Of a DNA stretch of 64,000 bases, positions 49,177 to 58,200 are shown piece after piece. Numbering within the stretch: position 1 is the stretch's first letter; the number at the start of each line of letters is the position of its first letter. The stretch is from a virus: IMG/VR virus record IMGVR_UViG_3300035670_000025, one strand, 5' to 3'. The position numbers and the translations under genes were made by a program. The notes under the pieces were generated by a model, which was not told the DNA's origin, made no database searches, and worked only from the letters and a program-made list of their open reading frames with translations.

Positions 49177-49824
49177 ATGAAACTTATTTTAGAACAAGCA
49201 GATGAAGTATCGTTCATCACAGAAGCATCAGAAAATGGAAAGAAAAATCTTTTCATTGAAGGTTGTTACATGGTCTATGGAAAAGGTAACAAGAACGGAA
49301 GAGTTTATTCTGAAGGAGTGATGAGAAACGAAGTCAATCGTTATCTAAAAGAAGTAGTTTCAGAAAAACGTGCTTATGGTGAATTAAATCATCCATCAGG
49401 ACCACAAATCAATCTTGATAGAGTATCACACCTCATTGAAAATCTTGAAGTTAGATCAAATGGTGTTGTTTGGGGTAGAGCAAAAGTTCTTGATACTCCT
49501 ATGGGAAATATTGCCAGAGGATTGATTGAAGGTGGAGCAAATCTTGGTGTTTCTTCACGTGGACTAGGTTCATTGAAGGCAGGACAAAATGGATTGATGG
49601 AAGTACAAGACGATTTTCGTATTGTAACAGCAGCAGATATTGTTGCAGATCCATCAGCACCAGGAGCATTTGTTCAAGGAATCATGGAGAATGTAGAATA
49701 TTTCTACAATGAACAAACTGGTGAATTTGTAGAAAAGATTAAAGAAAGTGTTAAGAAAATGTCATCAAGACAACTTGAAGAACAGAAAGTAAAGTTGTTT
49801 GAGCAATTCCTAAAATCACTTTAA
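49177..49824 (+). CDS. gp21: Prohead protease gp21
   Basis: N.NGRVY; GELNHP; DRVSH; GVSSRGLGS; DIVADPSAP.A. Confidence 0.96.
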   Translation: MKLILEQADEVSFITEASENGKKNLFIEGCYMVYGKGNKNGRVYSEGVMRNEVNRYLKEVVSEKRAYGELNHPSGPQINLDRVSHLIENLEVRSNGVVWGRAKVLDTPMGNIARGLIEGGANLGVSSRGLGSLKAGQNGLMEVQDDFRIVTAADIVADPSAPGAFVQGIMENVEYFYNEQTGEFVEKIKESVKKMSSRQLEEQKVKLFEQFLKSL

Positions 49825-49832
49825 TATAAATA
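49825..49832 (+). promoter_or_regulatory. T4-type late promoter for gp22
   Basis: TATAAATA. Confidence 0.75.
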
Positions 49833-49862
49833 GAAATAAACTCACACTTTAAAGAGGAAAAT

Positions 49863-51089
49863 ATGCCAACAACAACTATGAAAGATCGTTTGGGGAAAGA
49901 ATTTCGGGTTACTCCAGGACCATTAGGAATAACTGTTCATGCAGATCATATGAAAGATGGCCCAAAACTGATACCCAAAAAGCATCCATCCCATGATGAA
50001 TTGTTAAAAAAAATTAATGATGGGAGTGCCAAAACTGATGATGTTAAAGGTGCTTTAGTTAGAGTTGAACAAAAAGTAAATGAATCTTACCACAATAAGA
50101 AGAAAGGCAAAAATATGAAGAAGAAACCAGAAGTAATGGAGGAAGCCATGGAAGGTGACAATACTTCTGCTGCTTCTTCTATCGAAGCAAAACCATCAGA
50201 TGCCTCAAAATCAGGCATGATGGCACAAGCAATGACATCAATGGCAGCAATGGATAAGTCACAACTAGAACAAGTCCTTGCTATGATGACTTCTAAACAA
50301 TTTGCTTCCACAATTCCAGATGATGCTGCTGCCAAGAATGCCGCATCAATTGCTATGAAAGGTGCTGTTAAGGAAGATGTTGCAGAACTATTTTCCGGTG
50401 AAGAACTTTCAGAAGAATTCAAAGAAAAGACAGCAGTTCTTTTTGAAGCAGCAGTAAATGCAAAAGTTATCGCAGAAGTTGCTCGTATTGAAGAAGAATA
50501 CGAAGCAAAACTTACTGAAGAAGTAGAACAAGTTACAGAAACACTTACTGAGCAAATTGATTATTATATGTCATATGTTGCTCAAAATTGGGTAGAAGAA
50601 AATAAAGTTGCAATTGATACATCATTGCGCAACGAACTAGCAGAAGATTTCATTATGGGTCTCCGTAATCTATTCGCAGAACATTATGTTCAATTCCCAG
50701 AAGAACAAGTTGATGCAGTTGAAGCACTTGCAGAAAAAGTTGAAGAACTAGAAGCAAGACTTAACGAACAACTTGAAAAGAATATTGAGCTTAATGCAAT
50801 CGTTGAAGAACGTAACAAAGAAAAGGTTTTTGCCGAAGTCTCTGAAGGACTTGCTCTTACACAAGTAGACAAGTTTAAGACTTTGACAGAAGGAGTTGAG
50901 TTTGAAAATAATCCAGACAACTACAAGAAGAAACTTGAAATTGTCAAGGAAAAGTATTTTGGCATTAAGACAGCACCTTCAACTTTAAATGAAGAAGTTG
51001 AAGAAGTTACACAATCTCAAGAAGTAAAATATCTTGAACCACAAATTGCTAATTATGCCAAAGCAATTTCAAGAACTATCAAAAAGTAA
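49863..51089 (+). CDS. gp22: Prohead scaffold gp22 with an N-terminal extension (alternative start 50115)
   Basis: LSEEFKEK....FEAAV; Y..YV...W..EN..A; GL..TQ..KF..L.E. Confidence 0.9.
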   Translation: MPTTTMKDRLGKEFRVTPGPLGITVHADHMKDGPKLIPKKHPSHDELLKKINDGSAKTDDVKGALVRVEQKVNESYHNKKKGKNMKKKPEVMEEAMEGDNTSAASSIEAKPSDASKSGMMAQAMTSMAAMDKSQLEQVLAMMTSKQFASTIPDDAAAKNAASIAMKGAVKEDVAELFSGEELSEEFKEKTAVLFEAAVNAKVIAEVARIEEEYEAKLTEEVEQVTETLTEQIDYYMSYVAQNWVEENKVAIDTSLRNELAEDFIMGLRNLFAEHYVQFPEEQVDAVEALAEKVEELEARLNEQLEKNIELNAIVEERNKEKVFAEVSEGLALTQVDKFKTLTEGVEFENNPDNYKKKLEIVKEKYFGIKTAPSTLNEEVEEVTQSQEVKYLEPQIANYAKAISRTIKK

Positions 51090-51094
51090 TTAAT

Positions 51095-51102
51095 TATAAA
51101 TA
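51095..51102 (+). promoter_or_regulatory. T4-type late promoter for gp23
   Basis: TATAAATA. Confidence 0.8.
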
Positions 51103-51142
51103 ATAACAACCCATAAAGAAATTCTAGGGAGTAAACACAAAA

Positions 51143-52492
51143 ATGTTAACAGAACAACTTAATAACAAGTGGAAGCCAATTCTAGAGCATGAAGACCTTA
51201 ACCCAATTAAGGACATTCATCGCCGTAATACAACTGCCGTTCTTCTTGAAAATACAGAAAAGGCACTTCGTGAAGGTTCTGCTTATTCAAGCCAGTTCCT
51301 TGTTGAAAATCCAATTCCAGCAAACGCAATGAGAGCATCTAGCTCTACAGCATCTGATGGTGCAATCGACACTTTCGATCCTGTTCTTATTTCTCTCGTT
51401 CGTCGTGCAATGCCAAATCTTATTGCTTATGATATCTGCGGCGTTCAGCCAATGACAGGTCCAACAGGACTTATCTTCGCAATGCGTGCAAGATATGCTA
51501 ACCAAACACACACAGAAACATTCTACAACGAAGTCAATACTGCATTCTCTTCAGTTGTTTCTGGTGCAAACACACTTGGTCAAAAGCATGTTGGTACTCT
51601 TCCAGGCAACACAACTGTAACAGCAAACCTTGCTGAAGAAGGAATCTATAACTTCGGTTCAGCAATGTCAACTGCACAAGCAGAAGCACTTGGTACAACT
51701 GACAATACTGCATTTGCTCAAATGGCATTCAGCATTGAAAAGGTTGCCGTTACTGCAAAGTCACGTGCTCTCAAAGCAGAATACACAATGGAACTTGCAC
51801 AAGATCTTAAGGCAATTCACGGTCTTGATGCAGAAACAGAACTATCAAACATTCTTTCTGCTGAAATTCTTGCAGAAATCAATCGTGAAGTAGTTCGTAC
51901 AATCCTTGTTACTGCAACTAAGGGTGCTACAGAAGGTACAACAACTTCTGGTATCTTTGATCTTGATACAGACTCAAACGGTCGTTGGTCAGTTGAAAAG
52001 TTCAAGGGTCTTATGTTCCAAGTTGAAAGAGAAGCTAATAAGATCGCAAAAGATACCCGTAGAGGGAAGGGCAATATCGTAATCTGTTCATCAGATGTTG
52101 CTTCTGCACTTCAAATGGCAGGTATCCTTGATTATGCTCCAGCACTTAATAGCAACCAACTTAATGTTGATGATACTGGTAATACATTTGCTGGTGTTCT
52201 TAACGGTCGTATGCGTGTCTATATCGACCCATATGCAACAGGTGGAAACTATATGGTCGTAGGTTATAAGGGATCAAACGCATTTGATGCCGGTCTATTC
52301 TACTGCCCATACGTTCCTCTCCAAATGGTTCGTGCAGTTGATCAAGACTCATTCCATCCAAAGATTGGATTCAAGACTCGTTATGGAATGGTAGCAAATC
52401 CATTTGCCGAAGGTGCAACTGCTGGTGTTGGTGCACTTACTAAGGACAGCAATGTTTACTACAGAAGAGTTCTTGTTACAAACTTGATGTAA
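51143..52492 (+). CDS. gp23: Major capsid protein gp23
   Basis: KW.PILEH; DPVLISLVRR.MPNLIAYDICGVQPMTGPTGLIFAMR; KSRALKAEYT.ELAQDLKA.HGLDAE; FYCPYVPL. Confidence 0.98.
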   Translation: MLTEQLNNKWKPILEHEDLNPIKDIHRRNTTAVLLENTEKALREGSAYSSQFLVENPIPANAMRASSSTASDGAIDTFDPVLISLVRRAMPNLIAYDICGVQPMTGPTGLIFAMRARYANQTHTETFYNEVNTAFSSVVSGANTLGQKHVGTLPGNTTVTANLAEEGIYNFGSAMSTAQAEALGTTDNTAFAQMAFSIEKVAVTAKSRALKAEYTMELAQDLKAIHGLDAETELSNILSAEILAEINREVVRTILVTATKGATEGTTTSGIFDLDTDSNGRWSVEKFKGLMFQVEREANKIAKDTRRGKGNIVICSSDVASALQMAGILDYAPALNSNQLNVDDTGNTFAGVLNGRMRVYIDPYATGGNYMVVGYKGSNAFDAGLFYCPYVPLQMVRAVDQDSFHPKIGFKTRYGMVANPFAEGATAGVGALTKDSNVYYRRVLVTNLM

Positions 52493-52512
52493 AATAGTCA
52501 ATACATATTATT

Positions 52513-52541
52513 AGAAGGGGGTTGATTCCCCCTTCTTTTTT
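52513..52541 (+). terminator. Rho-independent terminator after gp23
   Basis: Stem AGAAGGGGG / CCCCCTTCT, 6-nt loop, T run. Confidence 0.85.
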
Positions 52542-52572
52542 ATCTATATTACAACAGATACCAAACCATAGA

Positions 52573-54102
52573 ATGGAAACTATAATGATTGATCTCAAAC
52601 AAATATGTGACGAAAGAATCTTTGATAAGAAATATATGATTTCTTTATCAGTAAACAAACAACTTCGTGAAACAATAATAAATTATACACAATGGATGCC
52701 GATTGATTCTCCACTAAAGATTCGTTGTTTAGCAATACATCTTGGTTATACGGAGCAAACTTTCCCTAACTGTATAGTCTGTGGGTTGCCTGTAACATAT
52801 AACAAATCATATCAAAATAAATTTAGCAATTATTGTGGTCCAGATTGTAGTAGATCTCATAGACACAGATTGAATCAAGATACTTATCAAAAACTAAATG
52901 ATAAAGATTGGTTATATTATCAAAGAATTGATTTGAAAAAGTCTTATGAAGAAATCGCAGAATTGATTAACTGTTCTATTAATCCAATAAAAAAAGCATG
53001 TATTCAACATAACATACCTATGGTTCAACACAATTGTTCTCAACCCCTTATATTGTTGAAACTACAAGATAAACAATGGTTGTTTGATTTACATTGTAAT
53101 CAAAGAAAGAAGGTTGAAGAAATAGCAGAAATGGTTGGTAGTTCTAAAGCAACAGTAAGTAGGTGGTTGAACTATCACGAAATTGAGACCAATCAACCAA
53201 ACAGTTATCCAAGAAAATTTAATAAAATATCTGGACAACATCAGCAAGTTATTGATTATGTTTGTTCTATTATTGGACAAGACCAAGTTTTAATCAACGA
53301 CAGAACATTATTGAATGGCAAGGAAGTAGATTTATATATTCCATCTAAAAAACTTGCGATTGAATATAATGGAGTGTTTTATCACGCATTTAGACCAGAA
53401 CACTCCAACCCTGCATTAAGAAAAGACAGAAAGTATCATATATCAAAAACACTTGAGTGCGAGAAAGTAGGTGTTAGGTTGATTCATATCTTTAGTGATG
53501 ATTGGATCTATAAACAAGATATATGGAAGTCTATTCTGGTAAATCTTTTGGAACAACCATACCAAAGATTGTATGCGAGGAAATTGACAATAAGAATACC
53601 ATCACAAACAGACAAAAAACAGTTTTTAAATAAAAATCATTTGCAAGGTGATGATAAATCAAGCATTTGGTTTGCCTTATATGACGATGATAAAATCATA
53701 AGCATTATGACTTTTTGTAAATCCAGGTATAACAAAAACTATCCGTGGGAACTGTCAAGATATTGTGTTGGTCAAGGAATTTCTTGTGTAGGAGGATTTT
53801 CTAAACTACTAAAGAATTTTCAAAAACAATATCAAGGAGATATTATATCCTATGCTGATTATTCAAGGTCACAAGGAAATGTATATTTGAAAAATGGGTT
53901 TGTATTAATTAAACGCAATCCACCATCATATGCTTATGTTGATTTATCAAAAAACGAAAAAAGAATGCATAGGTCAAATTATACAAAGAAAAAATTAAAT
54001 ATATGTAATGATATTACAGAGAAACAATATATGGAAGACAACGGATACAAAAGAATATATGATTGTGGAACATTGGTATTTGTAAAAAAGTCAATTTTAT
54101 AA
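52573..54102 (+). mobile_element. Putative Hef-like homing endonuclease (Zn-ribbon, HTH repeats, PD-(D/E)xK/Vsr-like nuclease, C-terminal GNAT-like domain)
   Basis: C..CG....YCG..C; two 'L.DK.WL' HTH repeats; E.D.YIP...LAIEYNG.FYH; YARK...FL..NHLQG...ELSR...SYAD..S.G..Y...GF...RIYDCG; start reassigned because the track TTG lies in the terminator loop. Confidence 0.7.
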
Positions 54103-54105
54103 ATA
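54098..54105 (+). promoter_or_regulatory. T4-type late promoter just before a terminator
   Basis: TATAAATA overlapping the stop of the endonuclease gene. Confidence 0.5.
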
Positions 54106-54141
54106 ATATTAAACAAGAACCAGAATAACTGGTCTTACTGA

Positions 54142-54167
54142 GGGAGGCAGAAATGCCTCCCCTTTTT
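54142..54167 (+). terminator. Rho-independent terminator
   Basis: GGGAGGCA-GAAA-TGCCTCCC then CTTTTT. Confidence 0.85.
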
Positions 54168-54169
54168 GT

Positions 54170-54177
54170 TATAAATA
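54170..54177 (+). promoter_or_regulatory. T4-type late promoter
   Basis: TATAAATA upstream of the AGGAG RBS of 54203. Confidence 0.75.
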
Positions 54178-54202
54178 CTCCATAAGACAACAGGAGTATA
54201 AA

Positions 54203-54490
54203 ATGGCATATCTATATGTAATCGGTGGAACAGAAAAACCATATAAAATTGGAATAACAAATAATCCTGCAAGAAGATTGAAAAATCTTCAAACAGGACA
54301 TCCAAAAAAACTTAAATTGCATCACATTGAATTGATTTCTGATGATCAAGTTAGATTACTTGAACAAACTATTCACAATACGATTAAACACAGAAAAACA
54401 CATGGGGAATGGTTTGATATTGATTTAGAACAAGCAATATCAGAAGTAAAACACGCAAGAATTAGGTATCTTAAAGATGAAGAAGTTTAA
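54203..54490 (+). CDS. GIY-YIG/T5orf172-domain protein
   Basis: YLYVI...YKIGIT.NP..RL..LQTG.P; E..IH; GEWF. Confidence 0.8.
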   Translation: MAYLYVIGGTEKPYKIGITNNPARRLKNLQTGHPKKLKLHHIELISDDQVRLLEQTIHNTIKHRKTHGEWFDIDLEQAISEVKHARIRYLKDEEV

Positions 54491-54821
54491 ACAATATATC
54501 ACAGAAGAAAATCACATAACAATATATCGTGGAGAATCTGTACACAATCGTAAAGGTGGACCACTAAAAGGAAAATTTTATTCTGTAGATAAAGAGTTTG
54601 CTAGACAATTTACACAATCAGGACAAGAAAAAGAAGTATTGACAAAACAAATACCAACAAATCGTGTAAAAGATATGAGTCACATTTATGCAGGAGATGA
54701 TATAGAACCACATCTGAATCAAGCAAAAAGTGAAGGATTTGCCGCAGTAAGATTTAATGAAGGTGGAAATGAACCACATTCAATTTATGTATTCGATCAC
54801 AAAGCATTAAGGAGAATTTAA
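54477..54821 (+). CDS. Capsid-targeted protein with ADP-ribosyltransferase-like fold
   Basis: MKKFKQYITE; IYRG...G.FYS.DKEFA..F...GF.AV...VFD. Confidence 0.55.
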   Translation: MKKFKQYITEENHITIYRGESVHNRKGGPLKGKFYSVDKEFARQFTQSGQEKEVLTKQIPTNRVKDMSHIYAGDDIEPHLNQAKSEGFAAVRFNEGGNEPHSIYVFDHKALRRI

Positions 54822-54822
54822 A

Positions 54823-55344
54823 ATGTCAGCACTTGATAATATTCCAGAAAATAAAAACTTTCTGAGTCCTTTGAATTTCAGATTTCAAATCAAAAAGTGC
54901 CCCAATGTTAATTTCTTTCTTCAAAATGTAAATCTTCCAGGAATGGTATTAAATGGTCCAGAACAACCTAACCCATTCGTCAGAATACCAAAAGCAGGAG
55001 ATCATATCGATTTTGATGATCTTATGATTAACTATAAAGTTGATGAAGATCTTCAGAACTATCTTGAGTTGTATAATTGGATAAGAGAACTTGGATTTCC
55101 AAATAGTTTTGATGAATACAAATCAATATCAGGAAATCCAGTTTATACTGGACTTGGAATAACTTCTGATATGTCATTGATTATTCTAACATCTTCAAGA
55201 AATCCAAATTATGAAGTAGTATTTAAAGATGCTTTTCCTATTTCAATATCATCATTGATTTTCGATTCTACCCCACAAGATGTTCAATATCTTGAAGCAT
55301 CAGCAACATTTAGATATAGATCATATAGTATCCAAAAAATGTAA
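54823..55344 (+). CDS. gp3: Tail completion/tube terminator gp3
   Basis: NFLSP..F.F...P.V.FF.Q..NLPG; VDEDL.NY.E.YNW; F.DAFP.S.S. Confidence 0.85.
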   Translation: MSALDNIPENKNFLSPLNFRFQIKKCPNVNFFLQNVNLPGMVLNGPEQPNPFVRIPKAGDHIDFDDLMINYKVDEDLQNYLELYNWIRELGFPNSFDEYKSISGNPVYTGLGITSDMSLIILTSSRNPNYEVVFKDAFPISISSLIFDSTPQDVQYLEASATFRYRSYSIQKM

Positions 55345-55353
55345 AGGATAAAA

Positions 55354-55812
55354 ATGTATACATTTAAACAGTTTATCACTGAAAATTATAAAGGACAGCA
55401 TGAAGCGCCAGATAAGGAAACTGGAGCACCCTTACATGATGTTACTTCTAATGGAATTTATCCAAAAGATGTTTATTCACATAAAGGATTTGAATATTAT
55501 GGAAATCAAGGAAATGATTATGATCAATCTAATTTTAATAAAATACAAAGGATGAAAGATAAACCAGACGAAAAAATTTATATATTTAGAGCAGTTCCGT
55601 TATCTGTTCGTAAAGAAGCAATGAAAAAAGAAATACCAATAAGACATATGATTAGACCAGGAGATTGGGTAACAACATCAAAAGAATATGCACACGAGCA
55701 TGGTAGAAATCATTTAAATGGCGAATATCATGTTGCCGCAATGAGAGTACCAGCAAAACATATATTCACTGATGGCAATTCTCATTTAGAATGGGGGTAT
55801 GATCCAAAATAA
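55354..55812 (+). CDS. Capsid-targeted protein with ADP-ribosyltransferase-like fold
   Basis: MYTFKQFITE; IFRAVP...IRPGDWVTTS..YA..HG...VPA.H...EWGY (R...S/T...E pattern). Confidence 0.55.
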   Translation: MYTFKQFITENYKGQHEAPDKETGAPLHDVTSNGIYPKDVYSHKGFEYYGNQGNDYDQSNFNKIQRMKDKPDEKIYIFRAVPLSVRKEAMKKEIPIRHMIRPGDWVTTSKEYAHEHGRNHLNGEYHVAAMRVPAKHIFTDGNSHLEWGYDPK

Positions 55813-55816
55813 TTGC

Positions 55817-55845
55817 TTGACATTACTCAACATATTCAGTAGTCT
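55817..55845 (+). promoter_or_regulatory. Sigma70-like (early/middle) promoter upstream of uvsY
   Basis: TTGACA-N17-TAGTCT, then a GAGGAG RBS. Confidence 0.6.
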
Positions 55846-55868
55846 CCTTACAAAAAGAGGAGAATATT

Positions 55869-56303
55869 ATGTATTTTGAAGATATACAAAAATGTTGGGA
55901 TTCTGACTCTAAGATAGATAGCACCAATATCGGACAAGAGTCAATAAGAACCCCACAACTACATGCAAAATATATCAAACTATACTTTGCTGAAAAAACA
56001 AAATTACTAAAACATCAACACGCATATAAAACTCTAAGAGCAGAAAAGAAAGAGTTTTTTATTAATCCTACCAAAGAAGTAATGCAAGAAAAACAATGGA
56101 AAATTCCAGAAAGAGGAAAGATTCTCAAATCTGAAATAGAATTTTTCCTTGATTATGATTCGGAATTGCTCGAAATGGAATTGAAAATTGGTGTGCAACA
56201 AGAAAAAGTAGAATATCTCAAAATGATTCTTCAATCAATAAATGGAAGAACATTTGTTATAAAAAACTTTATTGAAGAAAGAAAGTGGTTATCTGGAGCA
56301 TGA
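55869..56303 (+). CDS. uvsY: Recombination mediator UvsY
   Basis: W..DS.ID......ES...P.LH.KY; IKN.IE...W..G; precedes uvsW. Confidence 0.85.
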   Translation: MYFEDIQKCWDSDSKIDSTNIGQESIRTPQLHAKYIKLYFAEKTKLLKHQHAYKTLRAEKKEFFINPTKEVMQEKQWKIPERGKILKSEIEFFLDYDSELLEMELKIGVQQEKVEYLKMILQSINGRTFVIKNFIEERKWLSGA

Positions 56304-57730
56304 TAGAAATTTCAAAAATAAATGAAGTATATATTAAAGTCTCTTCAACCGATAAAGGCATCGAAGAAGAACTTAAAGAATATTTCACGTTCCAAGTTCC
56401 TGGATATAAGTTTATGCCCGCATTTAAACGTGGAACATGGGATGGGAAATTGAGACTTTATAATCCTAGAAATAAGTCAATTTATCACGGACTTTTTCAA
56501 GAAATCGTAAAGTTTGCTGAAGATAGAGAATATAATATATCGTATACTAACGAGTTTACGAATACCCCATTTTCACTCACTGAGAGTAGACATTTCTTTG
56601 ATTCTCTAAACCTTCCTTTAGAACCAAGAGATTATCAAATAGATGCTTTTGTATCTGCCATAAGAAGCAGTAGAAGAGTATTATTAAGTCCTACTGGAAG
56701 TGGCAAATCTTTTATTATATATCTTATATCCAGATATTATGCCAAGAAAACTTTATTTATAGTTCCAACAACAGGATTAGTTCATCAATTGGCATCTGAT
56801 TTTAAATCATATGGTTATAATTTAAATTGTCATCTAATTACTTCTGGAAAAGAAAAAGATACTGATTGTCAATATACAATTTCCACATGGCAAAGCATAT
56901 ATCGTATGCCACAAGAATGGTTTAATCAATTTGAAGTAGTGATATGTGACGAAGTTCATTTAGCAAAAGCAGCATCACTTACTAAAATTATGTGCAACCT
57001 TGCAAATTGTAAATATCGTTTTGGATTTACAGGAACTTTAGATGGAACACAAACAAATAAATTAGTTGTTGAAGGATTGTTTGGTCCTGTGAAAGAAGTA
57101 ACAACAACTGCTAAGTTAATAGAAGAAAAACATCTTGCAGATTTTCGTGTCAAATGCATAGTATTTGATTATGCAGATGATGTTAAAAAAGCAGCAAAGA
57201 AACTTGATTATCAACAAGAAATTGATTATATTATATCAAATCAAAAAAGAAATAAGTTCATAGTAAACTTAGCAAATTCTCTTAATGGTAATACTCTAAT
57301 ATTATTTCAATATGTTGAGAAACACGGTGAAGTATTACATCGTATGCTTCAATCTATTACTGATAGACCAGTATATTTCATACATGGTGGGGTAGATGGA
57401 GAAGAAAGAAATGATATGAGAGAAATTGTTGAATCTCAAACAAATGCTATAATTGTTGCTTCTGTTCAGACATTTTCTACTGGAATAAATATCAAGAGTC
57501 TTGAGAATATAATATTTGCATCACCATCTAAATCGAGAGTTAGAACGTTGCAATCTATTGGTCGTGTATTGAGAAAAAGTGAAAGTAAAGTAAAATCTAC
57601 ATTATTTGATATTGCAGACGATTTATCATGGAAATCTAGTAAGAATTATACTATTCTTCATTATATAGAAAGAGTTAAGATTTATAATCAAGAGAAATTT
57701 CCATATAAAGTTTATAGAGTTAGTATTTAA
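56300..57730 (+). CDS. uvsW: DNA helicase UvsW
   Basis: WDGKLRL; PRDYQ; SPTGSGKS; DEVH; GFTGT; LQSIGRVLR; start ATG 56300 with GGAG RBS. Confidence 0.95.
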   Translation: MIEISKINEVYIKVSSTDKGIEEELKEYFTFQVPGYKFMPAFKRGTWDGKLRLYNPRNKSIYHGLFQEIVKFAEDREYNISYTNEFTNTPFSLTESRHFFDSLNLPLEPRDYQIDAFVSAIRSSRRVLLSPTGSGKSFIIYLISRYYAKKTLFIVPTTGLVHQLASDFKSYGYNLNCHLITSGKEKDTDCQYTISTWQSIYRMPQEWFNQFEVVICDEVHLAKAASLTKIMCNLANCKYRFGFTGTLDGTQTNKLVVEGLFGPVKEVTTTAKLIEEKHLADFRVKCIVFDYADDVKKAAKKLDYQQEIDYIISNQKRNKFIVNLANSLNGNTLILFQYVEKHGEVLHRMLQSITDRPVYFIHGGVDGEERNDMREIVESQTNAIIVASVQTFSTGINIKSLENIIFASPSKSRVRTLQSIGRVLRKSESKVKSTLFDIADDLSWKSSKNYTILHYIERVKIYNQEKFPYKVYRVSI

Positions 57731-57747
57731 TCCTCATAGGAGGAAGC

Positions 57748-58140
57748 ATGTCAGAAAACATACAACACATAAGACTTATTAACGGTGAAGAAATTATTGG
57801 AGACATAATAGATTATTACGATAATAAACTTCTTATTTCTTGTCCATTAGTGGTATCTGAAAAGATGACCCCTGGAGGCAAATCAGCAATAGTATTAACA
57901 AAATACATGCCTTTTGCAACAACAAATATATGTGAAATATCAACCAATCATATTATTACTACAACAGATTTACATGAAGAAATGATAAGATATTATCATC
58001 ATTCCTTAAGATTTTCTTTTGTACATGAAGAGAATATGATTAAAGAAATACAATCAGTGAATATTATGATGGAAGCATCATTGATGGATAGTTATTCTAA
58101 CAGCATTAAATCAAATGATGGTTCAGGATCATTACATTAA
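57748..58140 (+). CDS. Conserved hypothetical protein between uvsW and gp55
   Basis: I.L.NGEEII N-terminal motif; GGAGG RBS. Confidence 0.6.
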   Translation: MSENIQHIRLINGEEIIGDIIDYYDNKLLISCPLVVSEKMTPGGKSAIVLTKYMPFATTNICEISTNHIITTTDLHEEMIRYYHHSLRFSFVHEENMIKEIQSVNIMMEASLMDSYSNSIKSNDGSGSLH

Positions 58141-58142
58141 CA

Positions 58143-58195
58143 TTTCACTGACACAGTCATTATACAGGCACCAGAAATCTCGTCAAGGAAAAAAT
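58143..58195 (-). promoter_or_regulatory. Antisense sigma70-like promoter element, copy 2 (TTGACG-N16-TATAAT), directly upstream of gp55
   Basis: Minus strand: TTGACG at 58186-58181, TATAAT at 58164-58159; 46/53 identical to 19255-19307. Confidence 0.7.
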
Positions 58196-58200
58196 ACAGC

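Noticed and set aside
52522-52572. Track start (TTG) for the 526-aa ORF
   Set aside because: Lies in the loop of the gp23 terminator; ATG 52573 or 52585 is more plausible.
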